Source: Candidatus Methylomirabilia bacterium (GTDB taxonomy: Bacteria; Methylomirabilota; Methylomirabilia; Rokubacteriales; CSP1-6). From it: a stretch of DNA of 20,643 nt. A program made the position numbers and the translations under genes. Positions within the stretch are counted from its first letter, which is position 1. Every line of letters starts with the position of its first letter. The stretch lies in NCBI GenBank assembly GCA_041496385.1, contig JBGQEL010000076.1:1-20643 (forward strand), read 5' to 3'. The notes beneath the pieces were generated by a model, which had not been told where the DNA came from, made no database searches, and worked only from the letters and a program-made list of their open reading frames with translations. Below are positions 16,750 to 20,643 of this stretch, one piece after another.

Positions 16750-17952
16750 CTAGCGCAGGCCGAAGGTCTCGGCGGCGAGCCCCGCGATGTGACGGCCGAT
16801 CGCGAGCGACGCGGTCGCGCCGGGTGAGGGCGCGTTGAGCACGTGGATGGCGTCCGCCTCCGCGACGATGCGGAAGTCGTCCACGAGCGAGCCGTCGGGG
16901 CTGACGGCCTGCGCGCGCACGCCCGACCCGCCGCCCGCCAGATCCTCGGACCGGAGGTCGGGGACGAGCCGCTGCAGCGCGCGCAGGAACGCGGCCTTGC
17001 TGAGCGAGCGGTACATCTCGTAGGCCCCCATCCGCCAGTAGCGCCGGGCCATCGCCCAGAATCCGCGATACGCGAGCGTGCCGGCCAGCTCGCCCGGGCT
17101 GACGCGCGCGAAGCGGTAGCCCTCGCGGGCGAAGGCGAAGACCGCGTTCGGGCCCGCCTCGACGTCGCCGTGGATGGTGCGCGTCAGGTGGACGCCGAGG
17201 AAGGGGAACTCCGGATCGGGGACCGGATAGATGAGGCCCCGGATGATCGACCGGCGCTCGGGGCGGAGCATGTAGTACTCGCCGCGGAAGGGGATGATCC
17301 GCACCTCCGGGCGCGCGCCCGCCAGCCGCGCGATCGCGTCCGAGTAGAGGCCGGCGCAGTTGACGAGCCGCCGCGCCCGTACGGCGACCCGCCCGGCGGC
17401 GATCTCGACGCCGTCGCCGGTGCGCGTGATCCCCGTCACGCGCGCGCCGGTCTCGAGCGCGACACCGGCGGAGGTGAGCTCGCGCGCCATGGCCTGGGCG
17501 ACCTCGATGTAGTCCACGATCGCCGTCGTGGGCGAGTGGATCGCGCGGAGCGCCGTCGCGTGCGGCTCGATCTCGCGCAGGCGGGCGGGCTCGAGCATCT
17601 CGACGGGCACGCCGTTGGCGACGGCGCGCTCGTAGAGCGCCTGCAGGCGCGGCAGCTCGGCGTCGGTCGTCGCGACGATGACCTTGCCGCAGCGCTCGAC
17701 GCGGATGCCGTGTTTCTCGCAGAACTGGGTCATCAGGCCCTTGCCCTCGACGCAGAGCCGCGCCTTGTAGGAGCCGGGCTTGTAGTAGATGCCGGAGTGG
17801 ATGACGCCGGAGTTGTGACCGCTCTGGTGGCCGGCGACCGCCGGCTCCTTCTCGAGGATCACGAGGCGCGCGCCGGGCGCGCGCTCGCGCAGGGCCCGCG
17901 CCGTGGCCAGGCCGACGATGCCGCCGCCGATGATCGCGATGTCGTAGCTCAC
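16750..17952 (-). CDS. lhgO: L-2-hydroxyglutarate oxidase/dehydrogenase (FAD-dependent)
   Basis: IGGGIVGLATA, HQSGHNSGVIHSGIYYKPGS, PFRGEYY, IYPVPDP.FPFLGVH, GVRAQA, NAPSPGATASL. Confidence 0.93.
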   Translation of the reverse strand: MSYDIAIIGGGIVGLATARALRERAPGARLVILEKEPAVAGHQSGHNSGVIHSGIYYKPGSYKARLCVEGKGLMTQFCEKHGIRVERCGKVIVATTDAELPRLQALYERAVANGVPVEMLEPARLREIEPHATALRAIHSPTTAIVDYIEVAQAMARELTSAGVALETGARVTGITRTGDGVEIAAGRVAVRARRLVNCAGLYSDAIARLAGARPEVRIIPFRGEYYMLRPERRSIIRGLIYPVPDPEFPFLGVHLTRTIHGDVEAGPNAVFAFAREGYRFARVSPGELAGTLAYRGFWAMARRYWRMGAYEMYRSLSKAAFLRALQRLVPDLRSEDLAGGGSGVRAQAVSPDGSLVDDFRIVAEADAIHVLNAPSPGATASLAIGRHIAGLAAETFGLR

Positions 17953-17960
17953 GGGACGCT

Positions 17961-17966
17961 ATTATA
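17961..17966 (-). promoter_or_regulatory. Consensus -10 box (TATAAT) of lhgO, probably leaderless
   Basis: ATTATA on the + strand is TATAAT on the - strand, 8 nt upstream of the GTG start. No Shine-Dalgarno sequence. Confidence 0.65.
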
Positions 17967-17987
17967 GACGCCTCCGGAGGAGGAGCC

Positions 17988-18341
17988 ATGGCCCGCTCAG
18001 CGTGCCCGATGTGTCGCACACCGCACCACCGCCTCGGCCGCCGCGCGGGGTGAGTGGTCGGTCGTGGAGGTGCTCGCCCATCTCCTGGACGGCGAGGTGA
18101 CGGTCGGCGGCTTCGCCACCGGCGCGCCGATGCGCGGCAGGTCCTCGACGCCTACGCGGCGCTCCGGGCCGCGAACGTCGCCCAGGCGCGGCGCCTGGCG
18201 CCCGCGGCGCGCCGGCTCCGCGGCCGGCACCCGGAGTACGGCCCGATCAGCATCGCGCAGGTGCTCGCGCACTTCGCCGAGCACGATCTGAACCACCTGG
18301 AGCAGATCCGCGCGACGCTCCGGAGCCTCGCGTCCCGCTGA
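17988..18341 (+). pseudogene. Frameshifted/deleted DinB (DinB_2/YfiT) family gene
   Basis: GGAGGAGG RBS then ATG 17988, whose frame stops at 18051. GEWSVVEVLAHLLDGE lies in another frame (18049 onward). GRHPEYGPISIAQVLAHFAEHDLNHLEQI lies in the original frame and ends at 18341. Confidence 0.75.
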
Positions 18342-18350
18342 GCGGGGCGG

Positions 18351-18674
18351 CTACTGCAGCGGCGAGAAGGCCGTCGGCCGCCAGATCTTGTTGACGACCC
18401 GCTCGACGAGCGGGCCGTTCGCCTCGCTCGCCTTCCGCGCCGCCTGCCACTCGGGATCGCCCATGAACGCCGCCCACACCCGCTGGCGGTGCGCGAGGTC
18501 GTCGTACGCGCAGATGTACACGAGCTCGTTCGACTCGCCGAACACCGTCTCCCAGAAGCCGACGACCTTGATGCCGTGCTTCGCGAAGAGCTTCATCGTG
18601 ACGTCGGCGAACCGCTTCTGGATGTCGGGCATGCGGCCGGGCATGATGTAGTACGCGCGGTACTCGTAGATCAC
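18351..18674 (-). CDS. NIPSNAP family protein
   Basis: IYEYRAYYIMPGRM, LFAKHGIKVVGFW, ELVYI, WAAFMGDPEW, PTAFSPLQ. AGGAGGAG RBS. Confidence 0.93.
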   Translation of the reverse strand: MIYEYRAYYIMPGRMPDIQKRFADVTMKLFAKHGIKVVGFWETVFGESNELVYICAYDDLAHRQRVWAAFMGDPEWQAARKASEANGPLVERVVNKIWRPTAFSPLQ

Positions 18675-18787
18675 TGGCTCGTCTCCTCCTGTCGGGAACC
18701 TGAGGCGTCAGGGATCATATACCATCTCGATGCCTTCGGGGCCGGCCGCCCTTGACGGGTCGCGGCGGGCGGATTAGATTGATCGCC

Positions 18788-20008
18788 GTGCTTCGTGCGG
18801 TGATCCGGGTGTCGATCGTTCTCGCCTTCCTGCTTTCGGGCGCCGCACCCGCGCAGTCGCAGCCCGTATCGCCGGCGCCCCCGTTCGCGCCCGCCTGGAG
18901 CATGCTCGCCGGCGGGGAGGTCTTCTCGAACAAGGGGTGCGGCAAGTGCCACGCGATCCGTGGAGTGGGCGGCGGCGGCGGCGGCCCGGACCTCGGCCGG
19001 ATCTCGACGGGCACGAGCTTCTTCGCCATCGGTGCGGCCATGTGGAACCATCTCCCGAAAATGGGAGCCCGCATGCGGGAGGCGCGCGTCGAACGACCGA
19101 CGCTGACGCCGCGTGAGGCCGCCGACGTCATCGCCTTCCTCTTCACCGCGCAGTACTTCGACGAGCTCGGCGACCCGAAGGCGGGCGAGAAGGTGTTTGC
19201 CGCGAAGGGCTGTGCTCAATGCCACGCGGTCGGCGGCAAAGGCGGCAACGTGGGGCCCGCGCTCGACGGCCTGAAGAAGGCGAACTCGCCGGTGCTCGTT
19301 GCCGCCGCGATGTGGAACCACGGGCCGCAGATGGCCGAGACGATGAAGGCCAAGGGTATTCCGCGCCCGACGTTCCAGGGGCGCGAGATGGTGGACCTGA
19401 TCGCGTACGTCGTGCAGGCCGCGACCGACGCCGGCGGCGACACCGCGCAGGTGGTTCCCGGCACGCCCGAGCGCGGCGAGCGGCTCTTCGCCGAGCGCCG
19501 GTGCGCCACGTGCCACGCGGTCGCCGGCAAGGGCGGCAAGATCGCTCCCGACCTCGGCCGCGCCGGTCACCATATGAGCCTCACCGAATTCGCCGCGCGC
19601 ATGTGGAACCACGCGCCGGCGATGTGGGCGAAGATGAAGGAGCGCGGGATCGAGCCGCCGCGGCTCGCCGGCCAGGACATGGCGGACATCCTCGCCTATC
19701 TCTACACGTCCCGGTACTTCGACGACCGCGGGACGGTGCGGCGCGGCGCGCAGCTCATCCAGGACCGGGGCTGCACGAATTGCCACGCCGTGCGCGGCAA
19801 GGGCGGCAAGCTGGCGGGCGACCTCGCGACGTCCCGCGTCGTCGGCACGCCCGCGAGCCTGATCGCGGGCATGTGGAACCATAGCAGCTACATGGAAGCG
19901 AAGGCCCAGAAGCAGGACGTCACGTGGCCGACGCTGACCGGTCAGGAGCTCGCGGACCTCTCCGCCTATCTCGCGTCGGTCGCCACGCCGGTCTCGAAGA
20001 CCAAGTAG
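18788..20008 (+). CDS. Periplasmic tetraheme cytochrome c made of four class I-like domains (start uncertain, 18752-18800)
   Basis: Signal peptide. CGKCH (18938), CAQCH (19211), CATCH (19502), CTNCH (19772), each followed by a GPDL-like motif and MWNH. Confidence 0.9.
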   Translation: MLRAVIRVSIVLAFLLSGAAPAQSQPVSPAPPFAPAWSMLAGGEVFSNKGCGKCHAIRGVGGGGGGPDLGRISTGTSFFAIGAAMWNHLPKMGARMREARVERPTLTPREAADVIAFLFTAQYFDELGDPKAGEKVFAAKGCAQCHAVGGKGGNVGPALDGLKKANSPVLVAAAMWNHGPQMAETMKAKGIPRPTFQGREMVDLIAYVVQAATDAGGDTAQVVPGTPERGERLFAERRCATCHAVAGKGGKIAPDLGRAGHHMSLTEFAARMWNHAPAMWAKMKERGIEPPRLAGQDMADILAYLYTSRYFDDRGTVRRGAQLIQDRGCTNCHAVRGKGGKLAGDLATSRVVGTPASLIAGMWNHSSYMEAKAQKQDVTWPTLTGQELADLSAYLASVATPVSKTK

Positions 20009-20013
20009 CGGCC

Positions 20014-20031
20014 CCGCCCCGGGTGGGGCGG
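20014..20031 (+). terminator. GC hairpin after the cytochrome gene (possible terminator, no U-tract)
   Basis: CCGCCCC-GGGT-GGGGCGG, 5 nt after the TAG. Confidence 0.3.
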
Positions 20032-20123
20032 AGGCGCCGCACCCGGACGCCCGCGCCCCACGCGCCGGCGACCCGCATCTGCGACCTCAGTGTGTTTCCA
20101 GCATGTTGTACTTCCTTCCGGCC

Positions 20124-20139
20124 TGGCACACGGCTTGCC
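20124..20139 (+). promoter_or_regulatory. Sigma54 (RpoN) -24/-12 promoter
   Basis: TGGCAC-ACGGC-TTGCC matches TGGCAC-N5-TTGC with GG-N10-GC spacing, 40 nt upstream of ATG 20180. Confidence 0.8.
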
Positions 20140-20179
20140 GAGCAGCATGCCGAGTGTTCCAAGCTGAAAGGGGGTACGC

Positions 20180-20643
20180 ATGAAGCGATCACTGGTGTGG
20201 GGATCTTCGGTGCTGCTCGTGCTGGCGGGGATCGGCCTCGGGGTCTTCACGGCGCCGCTCGACGCGCAGCAGAAGAACGTGCTGGTCGCCAAGAAGGTCG
20301 CGACGCCGCCGCCACGGGCACCGGCGCCGAGCGACGCCTGGAAGGACGCGCCGGCGCTCGCGTTCAGAGCCGTCGGCGGCAAGAACCTCCCCGGCGGCAC
20401 GACCGACGTCACGCTGCGCGCGGTGTACACGACGGACACGATCTACTTCCTCATGCAGTACAAGGATCCGACCCTGAGCGCGCGACGGAGTCCCTGGGTG
20501 AAGCAGCCCGACGGCTCGTGGAAGATGCTCAAGGATCCCGACGACAAGGGCGGAGACAACAACACGTACTACGAAGACAAGATGGCGATGATCTGGAACA
20601 TCAACTCGCCGGCCTTCGAGCAGAAGGGCTGCATGGCCGCCTG
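20180..20643 (+). CDS. Ethylbenzene-dehydrogenase-related (EB_dh/DOMON-like) periplasmic heme protein, 3'-truncated by the window edge
   Basis: Absent from the ORF track. Manual translation: MKRSLVWGSSVLLVLAGIGLGVFTAPLDAQQKNVLVAKKV..DAWKDAP..VTLRAVYTTDTIYFLMQYKDPT..YYEDKMAMIWNI..GCMAA. AAGGGGG RBS. Confidence 0.8.
   Translation, partial: MKRSLVWGSSVLLVLAGIGLGVFTAPLDAQQKNVLVAKKVATPPPRAPAPSDAWKDAPALAFRAVGGKNLPGGTTDVTLRAVYTTDTIYFLMQYKDPTLSARRSPWVKQPDGSWKMLKDPDDKGGDNNTYYEDKMAMIWNINSPAFEQKGCMAA

Noticed and set aside
18051..18053. Second selenocysteine TGA in the DinB region
   Set aside because: No redox-motif context, and the DinB N-terminal motif lies in a different frame, which indicates frameshifts rather than read-through.

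Overview
Very GC-rich bacterial chromosomal segment of about 22 tightly packed genes, mostly on the + strand and often joined by ATGA/GTGA overlaps. Style and gene content suggest a Rokubacteria/Methylomirabilota-like organism, but this is inference only. Recognisable genes: HtrA-like PDZ protein, SAMHD1-like HD hydrolase, glutaryl-CoA dehydrogenase, two REC-REC proteins, VOC protein, Fsr-like MFS, TrmI, PpiD, GreA, class III CoA-transferase, DGQHR protein, EamA transporter, LhgO, NIPSNAP, a tetraheme cytochrome c and a partial EB_dh/DOMON-like heme protein behind a sigma54 promoter. The main result is that ORFs 13020..13313 and 13347..14663 are probably one 547-aa selenoprotein: the in-frame TGA gives a U-S-T-C motif in a GrdB/PrdB-like context and is followed by an fdhF-like SECIS hairpin. 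Also notable are a 65-bp tandem repeat encoding translationally coupled 22-aa mini-ORFs, a protease homologue lacking its whole catalytic triad, an orphan DGQHR gene, two deletion-damaged genes and several apparently leaderless promoters.
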